This document shows positions 1 through 12,892 of a stretch of DNA of 64,000 nt, one piece after another. Position numbers and translations under genes: made by a program. The stretch comes from Rozella allomycis CSF55 (Eukaryota). Positions within the stretch are counted from its first letter, which is position 1. Every line of letters starts with the position of its first letter. Location of the stretch: NCBI GenBank assembly GCA_000442015.1, contig KE560565.1:1-64000 (forward strand), in the 5' to 3' direction. The notes beneath the pieces are model-generated. The model made no database searches and was not told where the DNA came from. It worked only from the letters and a program-made list of their open reading frames with translations.

Positions 1-170
1 GATGTGCAGTCGCAACTGTGGTCAAGAATATGTGAATGGATATATATACATATACTTTTAAAGGTTAGAATTAGATGTATTTTATGGTTTTCGTTTAAAA
101 TTAATATGTTTATTACTTTTCACAACGATACTACGAGTACAATTACAATTCATTAGCAAAAATGGCAATC

Positions 171-660
171 TCTAGCTGCAGATATATTCTTTCAAAGATG
201 GATGCAAAGAAAGTACATATTCGGACCAAAATTGCAACTCTCTCCTCAATTCTTCATCTACACAATTTTCTTTGACAAAAACTAGCAGCCCCTATATAAT
301 TATAAGAAAGCACTTACGAAAACATAAGGAAAATTATTGATAACTCCTATTAATTCTTTTAGCCTATCTCTTATTGATACGATACTCATGGTTCTAAGAT
401 TGTTAATTATGAGTTCCATGGAGCTGCTGTATAAAACATCAAACTTTTTAGAATTTAATTGAATCTGTTTATCATGTGCGATTAAGCATTGAGTTAATTC
501 CAAATCGATTTTTAAAAGAGTATCGAGGGTCGACATTTTATAGTTCAGTTCAGTCAAATTCTGCTTGTTTGTTCAATAAATCTCGTGTTACTTTAAGAAA
601 CAAGGGGTCTTTTAGGTTAGATTTCGGCAGCTTGTATAATTTTTCGGTCCACGTATTCAT
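171..660 (-). CDS. Small hypothetical protein, 3 exons (MNTWTEKLYKLP...EYICS*)
   Basis: Removing two short GT-AG introns joins an ATG exon at 660, ORF 300..557 and a terminal exon in frame. No family recognised; 3' end approximate. Confidence 0.5.
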
Positions 661-758
661 TTCCAAAATTTGGCTTTTCACTGTTGATGGAAGTTGACCA
701 AGAGGCCGTATGGAAAAAGGAAAAGATTATATTACTTCAGACTATAAAAAAGTACAAA

Positions 759-2311
759 ATGATGATTGGGGAAAATCACATCAACAAGAATAGAGTGGAT
801 ATTGGTAGTGTGCTTGAAAAGGTATTCATGAATATGTTAATTTGAAGAGAAAGAAGACGAAATATTTTCTTTGAATGAACAATTAAAAGACTTGAGATTA
901 CAGTTTATTAAGAATTCCAATGAATTGAAGATATGCGAGAAAAGGCTCGAAGACGAACAGAGTATTTATATCCTTAATAGATTAACAAGATAGATTTAAT
1001 GATCAGTTTGAGCGCCTTGAAAAAGAATTGAATAAAACAAAGGAAGACAAGGAGATGGTTCAAAAAAATTTAGAAAGGGTTCAAGCTGAGAAAGAATTAT
1101 TAGAAAACACAAATGCGATGCTTTCAACAAGAGTGGCAGCCCTTGAAGAAGAGAATAGTCATCATAAAGAAAATCGCGAACTGCATGAAAACTATAAGCA
1201 ACAATTGATAGACCAAGAAAAATATTTCAACTTAAAAATTGATGATCTAGTAAAAAACAATTTCAACATTGAATAGAATGATAAGCTAGAGCAGAGTAGA
1301 ATGTCTTTGACGGAAATAAGAAAGGAATATGAATTGCACAGGAAAAAGGTATCGATTGGAGAAAGAACCAACGCGACAAGAAAAATATTGGAGCTTTCTA
1401 ATGAAATATACAACTTGGAAGATAAAAATAAAAAGCTCGAGTTGGATTTGACCAAAGAATCGACTGAAAAGAAAGTGGTGATTGGTGAATTGGACAGCTT
1501 GAAGACCATTTTAAATTTAAAGACACAAGAAATAAATGATTTGACAAAGCAGATTGGAGAAGCGGAAGAAAAGAACAATGAATTATTAAAGTTGAAGGAA
1601 GAGTTGGAAAGGGAAAGATCAGAAAAGCGATTGTTATCAATAGACAAGGAAGAATCAACAAGGAATCTAAAAGCATTCTATGAAGAATTAATTGAGAAGA
1701 ATAATATGCAGCTAGAAATGAAAAATAGAGAGATAGTTGAAATAAAGGAAGAGTTGATGAAAAAGAATCAAATGCAAGAAAAGATTGAAATAGCAAAACA
1801 AATAAACATGTTGAATAAAAATGAACTATTTCAGCCATTGTATAAAGGCGATTCAATACTTTTTTCGAGAGAATCAATCGATGTGAATGAAACACCCCGG
1901 CCTAAAAGAGGAAGTGAATCGCAGATAAAAACCAGTAAACAAATTGGTAGTATGATATACGTAGATTATTTCAAGAATGCAGAGTTAATGTATGAACTGG
2001 ATGAATTAAAGCGAACTAGAGGGGAATACGAAGAAAAGAACAAGGCAATGGAGGAAACGATTGATCGGCTGAACAATCATATAGATCAATTGAATGAAAG
2101 AATAAGCAAAAGAGAGCAAGTGAACGTTGAATACTTAAAAAACGTTGTATTCAAATTCTTAAAAGATGAAAATCGCCAAGTAAAAATGAATTATTTTCTT
2201 AATTAAAAGAAATTGCTTCCAGTAATGAAAACTTTGTTGAATTTAACGCCAAAGGAAGAAGAAGAAATAAAAGAAATAGTCAACAGGGGGTCTGGACTTT
2301 TTCTTTTCTAG
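759..2311 (+). CDS. Coiled-coil golgin with C-terminal GRIP domain (Imh1/golgin-97-like)
   Basis: Long E/K-rich heptad ORFs. C-terminus NVEYLKNVVFKFL...KLLPVMKTLLNLTPKEEEE after removing intron 2180-2209. Start uncertain. Confidence 0.75.
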
Positions 2312-2334
2312 ATTAAAAGAGATCTTAATAAAAT

Positions 2335-4465
2335 TTATTTTTCCTTTGTTTGAGTGTAAAGATTCTCAATTTCTTTCAAGTAGAATTTTTTAGCTTCATT
2401 TCTCTTTAATTTGAAGGTAGGGGTTAAAAGATCATTTTCAATAGAAAAGGGGCTGTGTTCAAGATGAATGGCACGTGGGATTTCAAATCCTTTCAGATCG
2501 TTAGATTTGGAAAAGGCGAGAATTTCTTTTAACAGAAATTTAAGCAAAGTTTCATTTTTGCAAATTTCCTGAAGAGATCCATTCAAAGAATTTTGTTTGG
2601 CCCATGCAGATACGGCGTCTTCATCTGGAACAATTATGCCAACGCAGCAAGATTGAAATGAATCTCCATAAACAAATGCTTGAGATATCATTGGATGTTT
2701 GCAAATTACAGATTCAACTTTTTCAGGTGCCACGTATTCCCCTTGCGCCAACTTGAAGATACTTTTAACATTAAATGAATTTAATTACTTTTTCTTTCTG
2801 TCAATCACAGCTAAACACCCCCTGTCATTCCATAGCCCAATATCCCCTGTATGGACCCAACCTTCTTCATCAATTGTTTCTTTGGTCTTTTCTGGTTGTT
2901 TGAAATATTCTTTAAAACAATTATTTCCTTTAATGCAGATCTCACCACGTGGGTGTGGCTTGTCAGTAGAAAAATATTCCATTTCTGGAACATCAACCAA
3001 TTTTATTTCACAACATGGAAGTGGAACTCCAACATGTCCCAACGTTGTCTCTCCAGAAACAGTTAAACATGCACCAGCAGATGTCTCTGTTTGCCCATAT
3101 CCTTCATGAACATCACATCCAAAAGCTATTCTGAAAAATTCTAAAACTTCAGGACTAAGCGGCGCAGAGCCTGTAATCAAAGCCTTTTCTAAAAATAGAT
3201 TCTGAAATTTACTCTAACTTTGCCACCCAATCTCTCTTTCACTTTTGCAAACAACAAAATATCCCAAATCCAATTCTTAAATTTTCCCTTCTTCAATCCT
3301 TCTTTCTTTGAATTAAACCCATAACTAAACAATTTCTCTGCTAACCCACCCTTGCTTTTAACTCCCGCAAGAACTTTATCATAAATTCTGTTATAAAGCC
3401 TTGGAACAGACGGGAAAAAGGTTGGACTCAAAGCACCTTTTCACTTTCATGCTATTCTATTACCGATATCTTCTACCAACTTTAAAGTGTCCCCTTGATA
3501 AAATCCAATCCTGGCACCAATTCCAATAAACAAATGAGATATCACTCGTTCAAACACATGCGCCAAAGGTAAATATGAAATCACAACATCCTCACTAGTA
3601 AACACAGGCGCTAACCCTTCATCACCACATGCCCTAACAGATGAAACATCAGATAGAATATTTCCATGAGACAATACAACCCCTTTGGGAAGTCCAGTAG
3701 TTCCACTCGTGTAACAAATAGTTGCAGGATCATCTCGCCCTGGCTTTCTTTCTTCTTGAGGACTCAAACTACCTTCATTCATAAAATCTGAAAACTTAAT
3801 AATCTCAATCTTTGTGTCTCCCTCAACAACAAATTCATCATCCATGCAAACTATTGTCTTCAAATATTTCAACTTGGACTCCAACGACAACAACGCCTTT
3901 ATTTTATAATTGGATGCAAATATCATCTTCAATTCAGTTTGATTACAAATATACTCAATAGCTTCTGTTCCAAGGGTATCATACAACGGTACAGTACAAA
4001 GACTAACTTTAATACGCACACCCACAATTACTTTGCCCTGAAACAAGCATGCTCTGCTATCGTCCATTCCATTCTATTCACACTAAACAAACCTATGTTT
4101 TCCCTTTCCGCAAATCCTCTCTTAATAAACGCAGATCTTTTAATCTCATCATAACTTATTACGCAATATTGTTTCTTCTGGCTGCAACCTCATTGTACGT
4201 GAGCCAAACATACGGACCTGGCTCTCCATTAATTATCATTCTCTTGCCATAACACGGCTTGTTTCCTTTATCTTCACAAATTCCTTTCCTTACCTGAAAT
4301 TTCCACGCCCTTGTTGAAATTGTCATACAGCGTCTGCACATTCTCATCATACGTAACAGTCAAGGGCTTGTTTGCAAATTGACGAATTTTACGGGGTTTT
4401 CCCTCTCCTGGTCGCTCGACTGCACCTGGAACTTCAACAGTCAGCGCTGACATTACAGGGGTCAT
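2335..4465 (-). CDS. Long-chain fatty acyl-CoA synthetase (ACSL/FAA2-like), multi-exon
   Basis: AMP-binding motifs ICYTSGTTGLPKG, SYLPLAHVFER, EGYGQTE, GWVHTGDIG, DRKKNIFKLAQGEYVAPEK and LLTPTFKLKR, joined across short introns. Confidence 0.95.
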
Positions 4466-4667
4466 AGTCTGATTTGGCAAATGCCAATCAATAGATTGCA
4501 CTTACAAAACTACGTTTATTGAAATTTTATCAAATATTGAAAGTTCCTTAACCTATGAATGGCACAACAATTTGGAGAGGAATACAAATTTTATATAGAA
4601 ATATATCCTAAAAGTCAATTTATATTATTTAGATTTATTTTTCTGGAAAGTTTTTCTAAAAATAATG

Positions 4668-5921
4668 CTATTCAAATTGCAACCCATTAGAATCAACCAC
4701 GGATGTCTCCATAACTTGAATTTCTGGGAACTTTTTCTTCCATTTACTCTTTACTTGATCTCTTGCATAATCTGACATTGCAATTGCAAAAATTGCGTCG
4801 TAGCCTCCTGCTCCGGGAACACCCGCTCCAAGTACACCATCGATTTCTAAGATAGAGTCTAGTCGTTCACTTTGTTCGTCAGGTTCAATAGGGACATTCG
4901 CTAACTCACCAAGCTTTTTCAATGCTATTCTAATATCCTGAAACCCTTTCTTTAACGCATTCATCAAATCAACAAAATACCTATCATTGTTACCAAAAGC
5001 AAGTTACTCTGGACACAAATCAAATCTACCCAATGAAAAGTTTTCGCAGAAAGAATGAAATTGTTTTTCTTTGCGCGAGCATTCAAGTAACTTTTTAAAT
5101 AAATCAATGGTAACATCATTTCGTTTTTCTAATTCAACCCATTCGTTAGAATCTGGTTATACACCCCCTTATTACTTACTATTGTATGCAATTACACTTT
5201 TCGCCATTGAAGGAGATGAAGAACCCCCACTAACATCACCCATTACAATACTCAAGGGTTTTGGCCAATCAAAAATCATATCTTTAAATTCTTCAGAGTT
5301 TTCATGAGCCCATGATTTTGTCAAATCATTTAGAGCAATGTTTTTTAACGAAATACACGACTTGAATAATAATGGACCGTAGTGTGCCGCTGCAACATCA
5401 AAACCTGACCCCAATTTCCCTTGAGCCAGGCTATGGGCTAAATACGATAGTTTTAATGAACAAAGCTTGTCGTACCTATCGTTCCATTTTAAAATTCCGG
5501 CTACTAAAGATGACACAAGTGTCGCGGAACTTCCAAGGCCAGTCTTTTTATTCATTACCGCTGGCAGGCCCGGCACGATATCAACAAACGAATAAAATTC
5601 CTTATCGGCGTTTAAATATATTTTCATAGAAGACAAAGGTTTGTCTAAAAACCATGAGACCACATGTATACATGCGTCGATATACTTATTTGAATTTCCT
5701 TTGTGCAAAATAAGGTACTTTTCATTATTCGCGTACTTGTACTGAATCATTTCATGGTTGAAATTTGACAATATAAATTCAACACCATCGTCGTATTTCT
5801 CAATTCGTACATGAAATCTAGCTTTCGTAGTAACAACGATTCCTTGATTTTTCGGGTTTAAAATAGTATATCCTCCAACAATTAGCACTTTTCCAGGCGA
5901 TGAAACTTCAAGTTTATACAT
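4668..5921 (-). CDS. ERG8: Phosphomevalonate kinase, ERG8-type (GHMP family)
   Basis: SSPGKVLIVGGY, KTGLGSSA, HSLAQGKLGSGFDVAAA, MGDVSGGSSSPSM, VPIEP and GVPGAGGYDAIF. Confidence 0.92.
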
Positions 5922-5944
5922 GGAAAAATCGAACTTTTTTGTAG

Positions 5945-7098
5945 ATGATCACTGCATTAAATGACCAAATCAAGAAGACCAAAAAATTGGATCACATTTT
6001 TAAACAGGGAAATAATATACTGGCCGCGTTTTTAGTCAAACAAGGTGATAATATTAGTGTTGTTTCTCTTGGCGTTGGCCATACATGCTTGCCCGATTCT
6101 ATAATCGCAGAATCCCCAGATGACGTTCTTCATGATCATCACGCTGAAATATTAGCTAAGAGAGGCCTCGTTAGGTTTGAACTTTATGATGTTGAGATAG
6201 ATTTCTTGTTGACGAGATAGAAAAGTTAGATTCATCAATAGATTATCTTTCCTTAATACTGCAAAAAAATAGTGAAAAAAATTCCACCCCATATGTAAAA
6301 AAGAAAGCAATAGAGTTAATATTGTATATTTCGCATCCCCCTTGTACTATCTTTTTATTTATTTAGAATAGGTGGAGCAGCGTCAATGGAAAAATTTAAA
6401 CAACATGATCTTAGAGGAGATATACCCAGTTCTTCTTTTGTGAAACGTGGCAGATCTTCATGGGATGACCTGCAATCGCTCCGTACAAAGCCTGGTCGTG
6501 TAGATTCTCCCTTTTCTTCTTGCATGAGCTGCAGTGATAAAATAGGTTTGTGGAATCTTTTGGGTAAAATACCTGTCTCGAGAGGAATATTTTAGGAATT
6601 CAAAGTGAACTTCTGTATCCCTTGACGGGACCGATATTTGTCGATCACATCGTAATAGGATGTGAGATTGATAATGATATCTTTATGTTTTCCATTTTCG
6701 GTAGGTTTAAGACTGAGGTTGAGCTTCTCGGGCGAGAAATTAGCTTTCGAATACCTGGTGTGAAATCGGTTAGTTCGTCGCAATGTGTTTGCCCTCATAA
6801 TGATAATTTGGTTTTTTCATCTTTATCTGCAAATTGGTACATTGGTGTTGAATTAGAAATCACAACATCCATCGGTCGAAAGTTAGGCGCTGCGAAAAAA
6901 CAAGGTGAATATCCAAAATCTACCCGGTGAATATCATAGCATATTTTTAAATTCAGATCACGGTTATGCAGGTCATCTATTAGAGATAAAGTTAACGCAG
7001 TTTTGAGTGGCAAATCATTGATCTCTATTGCTAATGAATATACCTTGGGAAAAGCATTAATCAGATCAAAGGGAGATTTGATGCGGCATTGGCTGTAA
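5945..7098 (+). CDS. TAD1: tRNA-specific adenosine deaminase 1 (ADAT1/Tad1)
   Basis: LHDHHAEILAKRGLVRF, LRTKPGR and MSCSDKIGLWNLLG. No dsRNA-binding domain seen. The last exon ends at TAA 7098. Confidence 0.85.
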
Positions 7099-7170
7099 TG
7101 GTAAATACTAAATGAACAAAATAGAATACGTGATTCCTCAAAACAAATTGATCTTTAATCATTTTGCAAT

Positions 7171-8076
7171 TTATTCATTCTTAAGGCTTAGCGAAGTATT
7201 CAATAGTTCAAAAATTAAATTTTCTTTTAATTCTTGATAAACTTTGATCTCACAAGTTTTGATCATAAAAGGTTTGCCATCGAACAGCATGTTGTTGATT
7301 GGCAATATTAGCCTCGACGTACCTTTCTAATCTCTATTATTTTGATTTACTTGTGATGAAAGCGCCATCCCAATTCTCCCGATCTGAAATCAACGGATGT
7401 TCAAAAACAAGTTTTATAGATTTACGTCTACAAATATTTATAACACATGTTTGAATGGAACCAACTAATACTGAATCCAGAGGCGCGGTAAAAACTGTGT
7501 TTCCTTTTATCACAAAAAAGTTGCTTGATAACCCTTCATGCACCTTCCCCGCTTCATCAATTAAAATCACCTCATTAGAGTCTACTGATTTCTTAATTTC
7601 AAATATCTGACGATTTCTAAATGTCTAACATCTAATTGTTTAGTACTTAACCCATTCAGATGATTTCACATTAACATTTGTCCTTTGAAAAACATCAAAC
7701 TCCACTTGACATGACTCTGGAGGTGGGGGTAAACATGATAAATGAAATATAACATCATTTTTGTCCTTTTACTGAATAATTGTTTCTTTACCTTAATAAT
7801 AATTGTTATTCGCGCTTCACAATCCATCTTACCATAAAACTCTAAAAGACCACGATAAAGTACCTTCGGGAAACTGTTTGTGTCTAAATCATAATCAAAA
7901 ACATGTTTTGTTCCATCAACCAATCTTTTATTATGAGTGCCCCATTGTATTATTTGCCATCGACTTAAGGTTCTCATTGTCGTGTAAACACATTTTGTAC
8001 TTTCTAATAACATACCTTTAACCGGCAGGTCACTCCAAAAAGACTTTTCGAAAGCGCAAATTATTAAATTGGACAT
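7171..8076 (-). CDS. Class IV (D-amino-acid/BCAT/ADC-lyase fold) PLP-dependent enzyme
   Basis: YTTMRT...HNKRL, spliced RTNVNVKSSEWV, EGLSSNFFVI, TAP..VLVGS and GAFITSTSRLILP. Confidence 0.75.
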
Positions 8077-8154
8077 AAAAACGGAAAAGTATATATAGAA
8101 TTTTTCGGGCCGAAAAAGCCAAACTGTATTATTATTTTATTGATAATAAAAGAA

Positions 8155-8797
8155 TTATGTATCTGTAAGTAAAAAAATTCTGGATGCAATGTCCTTCACA
8201 ATCCAGTCCATGCCATTTTCTAGATTGTTTCCTGTGAAAGCACTACAAGGAGTCAAAAACCAGCTATGTGTTTTTATAGATTGTAAATCTAGGGCCTGTT
8301 TACAGTTATAAATAAGTATTACATTCTGAATTTTATCTGGAACCATAGCACCTGGTATGTCTTGCTTATTAGCCATTATAAGTAAGCTCACACCGAACAA
8401 TCTCTGTTCTGAAGAAAATCAAAACAATTACTTCTTCTTGAAGCAATTGCGAAAGTTCATTTTTGCAATCTAGTAACCTACGCTCGTCCATACTATCAAC
8501 AACCCAAACAAGACCGTCAGTTTGTTCAAAATAGTTTCTCCAATATGCGCGTATGCTCTTTTGACCCCCGACATCCCAAATATTTAGTTTGTAATTCAAG
8601 TGTTCCATAGTCTTAATGTTGAATCCCAATGTAGGTGAAACTGTATCAATAGGCTCGTTGTTAAGCTTCTTCAAAATGGTTGTCTTTCCTGAATTATCTA
8701 AACCCCTAACACACAGGTCAACAATTATTTACAAAATAAGAATCCTTATTTCCCTCTCCTTCATCCTATTCTTTTTTATAACTGTCAAAAGTCCCAT
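8155..8797 (-). CDS. ARL2: ADP-ribosylation factor-like GTPase Arl2
   Basis: [62 protein letters not shown] and DIASRIF. Confidence 0.93.
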
Positions 8798-8816
8798 TTT
8801 CGTTTACGAAATTTTG

Positions 8817-9370
8817 ATGTTGAGAGATTCCTTTCCAAGACATATTAATGGTTTGAATGCGCACATCATAATGCTTCAAAAAATAACGCTTCGTTATAAT
8901 CCGCATAGGTCCACCTCATCTGGAATGAAGTAATGTGCATATTGCTGCCTCACTTAGCGAGTATTTATCATCGCCTTTGTTTCTAAATGCAGCAAAAAAT
9001 AATCCGGCAATAGAATTCGTGGTGGAACCATGGAAGCTTGGACACCCAGTAATTCATGGGATCTATGGTAATCGGTTCGTGAAATTGAGATAGCAACTGG
9101 CATAGAGAAATTGGTCGATGCCAAAAAAATGACTATGATTGAAATCCATGAGGCTCTAGAAGCTATGACACAGACCGAAAATCGCGTACTGAAGAAATTC
9201 AAGCCCGGTGTTAAAAGTCTTAATCCGGCGATCAGACCAATATGGTAAATACTTGAAGAATATAGTATAGGTCTCCGTATCATCAAGATGCTCTGAGTCC
9301 ATTTAGAGAAGGTGTAGAAATAAATGTTTTATCGAAGGAACAAGAAACTCGATTAAATAAGTTGAAATGA
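8817..9370 (+). CDS. MRPL51: Mitochondrial ribosomal protein mL43 (L51/S25/CI-B8 family), 4 exons
   Basis: Spliced product ITLRYNPHRSTSSGM...NNPAIEFVV...GHPVIHGIY...VKSLNPAIRPIWSPYH, using three short GT-AG introns. Confidence 0.75.
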
Positions 9371-9504
9371 GAACGCAAAGACAAATGGAGAAATAAATCT
9401 CAATTTAATATTTATGAATTTTTATCTTATTTTCATGAACATTTGCTGCAAGAAATAAATATATCAACTTCAAGTAAAACATTAAACATGGGAAGGAATT
9501 TGGG

Positions 9505-9875
9505 AGAGCGGGACCAATTCTTATTACTCTCAGTTATTATGGAAAATTTATCATGGAGTATATTTAACTAATAAAAGATTCGCAAGGTTTAGTGATGTTT
9601 CTGCAATATGTCAAGTTAAAGAAGAATCGGTGTTTCATAGGTTTTTCGATTTCGAATCTTTTTTCAAAGAGACTTAGATTAAATCTTTTATGAAATCTTC
9701 CGTTTCAAGGAGAAACAAGTAAAAAACCTATGGGGTAGGAATTACTGGGAAAAATATAGACCAAATTCTTTTTGAAAAAGATTCACAATCGTATGAATTT
9801 TCTTTAACTTGAAATTTTGAACATATCCATGATAAATTTTCCAAACTGGGAGAAATAAGAATTGGTCCAACTCTA
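9505..9875. repeat. Imperfect inverted repeat (fold-back); arms ~9505-9690 and ~9750-9875
   Basis: GGACCAATTCTTATT, TGGAAAATTTATCATGGA, TCAAGTTAAAGAA and GAATCTTTTT each have a reverse complement, in mirror order, in the right arm. Confidence 0.85.
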
Positions 9876-9904
9876 AAAAAATTATCCAATTTATCAAATT
9901 TCAG

Positions 9905-11460
9905 ATGGCCATCCTCTGGTTTATCCATCAAATTCAATTGTGGTCTTGGAGGAAGAACTACAAATTTAAAGATTTTAATAGAGATTTTATTTGCGGTTTA
10001 TCATTAACGGTGATCTTAATCCCTCAAAGTATGGCTTATGCAACATTAGCCGGTCTGCCACCTGTCTATGGCTTATACAGTAGTGTTGTACCATCAATAG
10101 TTTATTCGCTTTTGGCAACTAGCAGGCATATATCATTTGGTACATTTCATTCATACATTTAAGAAGGGCCATTCGCACTTATTTCAATGCTAGTGAACGA
10201 AGCCGTGAAAAATATTCAGGGAGACAAAATTGATAATGCGATGAGTTTGACCTTATTTGTTGGTTTAATTCAAATCATTGGATCATTTTTGGGGTTAGGG
10301 AGATTATCTGTAGTTTTCACAGCGCCAGTAAGCCTTAGTAATAATATAATATAGGTTACTGAGGCATTTACATGCGCATCTTCATTTTATATTTTACTAA
10401 GTCAAGTTCCGGGATTCCATATGAATCAAAGTCCTCTCCATTTTCTCTAATTAAACAATGCATACATATTTTGGTGAGTATTAATCAATTAAAAGCAGAA
10501 ATATTTGCGATGTCTCTTACTTCACTAATCTTTTTAGAGGTTATGAAAGTCCTTAACAAGAGGTATTTATATTGATAGCGCAAATTGGATAGGTGGAAAG
10601 AAAGACTAATCATACCAATTCCGGATGTTTTGATAATAATTATAGTGTCAACTTTTACCCTTTCATTCACAAACTTCAATTTCCCAATCATAGGGCATAT
10701 ACCGTCAGGTATTTTCAGTTTTCGCTACCCCATTCTATCTAACTTTGGCTCATTGACTTTCAATGCAATAGTAATATCCATTCTTTCTTTCTCATTGTCC
10801 ATAAGTGTGGCAATGAAATTCGCTAATGACAAAAACTACGCGGTGAGTTCTAATCAAGAGCTATTTTCTTATGGTGTTTCAAATATGATAGGATCTTTTT
10901 TCTCATCATATGCATCCTGTGCATCACTGTCCCGTTCTAGTATTTTGGTCGAATCTGGTGCCGTTTCACCAATGGCTTCAATTATCTCAGCTTTGGCGGT
11001 TTCTATAGTTCTTGTGTATTTTTCTTTCATGTTTGAGAAAGTACCGATGTACACGTTAGCCGTTATTGTTATTTCTGCCCTGCGCCCTATGCTTTCCCAA
11101 ATTTTTCTCATTAAGGCCTATTTTCACTCCTCGAAGATTGATTTTGTTATCTGGATTGTTACCTTTCTGACTACAATAACGATCGATGTTATTATTGGAC
11201 TAGCTGTAGGAATATGTATATCATCAATTTCTATTCTTTACTTCAAATTATCGCGAAAAAACTACGAGGTTGGAGTAGTAATGATGGATGGGGTCTATAA
11301 ATATGGCAAACTTTATGAATTTATCCCCCTTTGGGCACAAAGATTCAAACGTGTAAATGGTGTCAGACTTTACATGGTCGAATCAGAAGAGATTCCATTA
11401 ATAAAGAAAGAGAGCGAAAATGAAAACGTCCTTTATCTTTTAGAATCGGAAAAAGGGTAA
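9905..11460 (+). CDS. SLC26/SulP anion (sulfate) transporter
   Basis: DFICGLSLTVILIPQSMAYATLAGLPPVYGLYSS, TSRHISFGP, NQELFSYGVSN and SLSRS, with many hydrophobic segments. Both ends uncertain. Confidence 0.9.
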
Positions 11461-11637
11461 ATTCTCACATTTATAGCGTACAGAAATATTGAAAATTATG
11501 ATGAAGAAAGGAATCTTATTCGTGTATCCAAAGGAGCAGATAATTTTCTATTGACTCAAGTTATTGGCCGCAAGATGCAAAATTATGGAAGTCATAATAC
11601 CACAAAATAAAAATTTATGATTTTCGCTCATAAAAAC

Positions 11638-11930
11638 TCACTGATCCTTTTTCTGGCGTGGACTTGTTTCATCAGCTTTGGCCCTTAATTCTTTTCCATC
11701 AACATTTTCATTGGCAGAAGGCAGTTCTTCATTTGAAGCCACATAAACAAATGTGAAAAGTATAAGATTTACGGTGACGATAGATGCCACAGATGAATAC
11801 AGAATATTACCTCTAAATTATAGATAAATTCATTACCAGTAAATATATATTTGTTAGAAACATACAATATTATCAAAGGTAAACTAAACAATACCGCAGT
11901 AAAAACAAGAAGCTTTTGTAAAGGGCTCAT
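11638..11930 (-). CDS. VMA21: V-ATPase assembly factor Vma21, 2 exons
   Basis: MSPLQKLLVFTAVLFSLPL...IVTVNLILFTFVYVASNE...QKKDQ*: two TM segments and a C-terminal KKXX ER-retrieval signal. Not in the ORF track. Confidence 0.75.
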
Positions 11931-11957
11931 TAGGATGGCCAAGCCACTATTGAAAAA

Positions 11958-12892
11958 ATGTCTACATCTAGTAAATAAAGCCTACATTGGTAATTAAGTG
12001 GATAAGAAGAAGAAAAAGGGTATTAAAATGTCATTGGGGGAATTTTTCGAGGAGTCTGGGTCTGGTATGATTTAAATATGCTTATGATAGGAGTCAAGGC
12101 GTCTTGGGGAGATGAAGAAATGGACTCATTACCATCAGCACGTAATTAAGATATTTTTTTTATTTTAGCATCTGCTGTCCAAAGAATGGAGGAAAGCGTA
12201 CCAAGCACTATTGGTTCGAACCCAATCAAAAGGGAATTCACGCTCCCTGATAATCCTCCGTATACTGCTTTCATTGGGAACTTGTCTTTTCAGGCTACGG
12301 AAGAAGAAATTTCTGCGTTTTTCGGGAACGAAGGCATCCAGTCAATTAGATTAATTAGAGACAAAGTCGACAATCGGTTTAAGGGATACGGCTATGTAGA
12401 ATTCAAAACCAAACAAGATTTGAAATTGGCCATGGAAAAGCACAATATGACTTGCTGTGGACGCTCTATTCGAGTTGATGTTGCTGAAGGTAAAAATGTT
12501 CACTACGTTTCAATAGGGAAATCAAGTGCTGAGCAGTCACCAAGGTTTGCTAGAAAGTCAGAAACTACACCAGGTAAATCAAATACTCTATAATGTTCCC
12601 AGCGCATACCACAAATTGGAGAAGCGCCCCCAGAGTATCGACTCCGTCATCCGCATACAACTCCTCCAGGGATTACAAGCAAAGCTCATATGACTCACCA
12701 CGTACTGAAACTCCCAAAGTTCCCATACGTGAAACACCTCGTTTTGGTGCCCCTCCTTCTGAGATGAGTTCGTTTCTTGAACGCAGAAAATCTGCCTGGA
12801 ATCAAGCTGCGAAACCATCACTTGAAAAGAAGAGCAGTTCCGAGACTTCTAAAATAGATCCATTCGGTAACGTGAAACAAAGCAAAGAATAA
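11958..12892 (+). CDS. TIF3: Translation initiation factor eIF4B (RRM)
   Basis: KKKKGIKMSLGEF, SWGDEEM, LPDNPPYTAFIGNLSF, KGYGYVEF, IRVDVAE, NWR and DPFG motifs. Confidence 0.8.

Noticed and set aside
1192-1895. Long antisense ORFs (also 34069, 34103, 35421, 2699)
   Set aside because: Shadows of biased coding sequence on the opposite strand.
7091-7105. GCTGTAATGG resembling the 5' end of fungal SRP RNA
   Set aside because: It overlaps the TAD1 stop codon, and the following ~70 nt are AT-rich with no SRP S domain.
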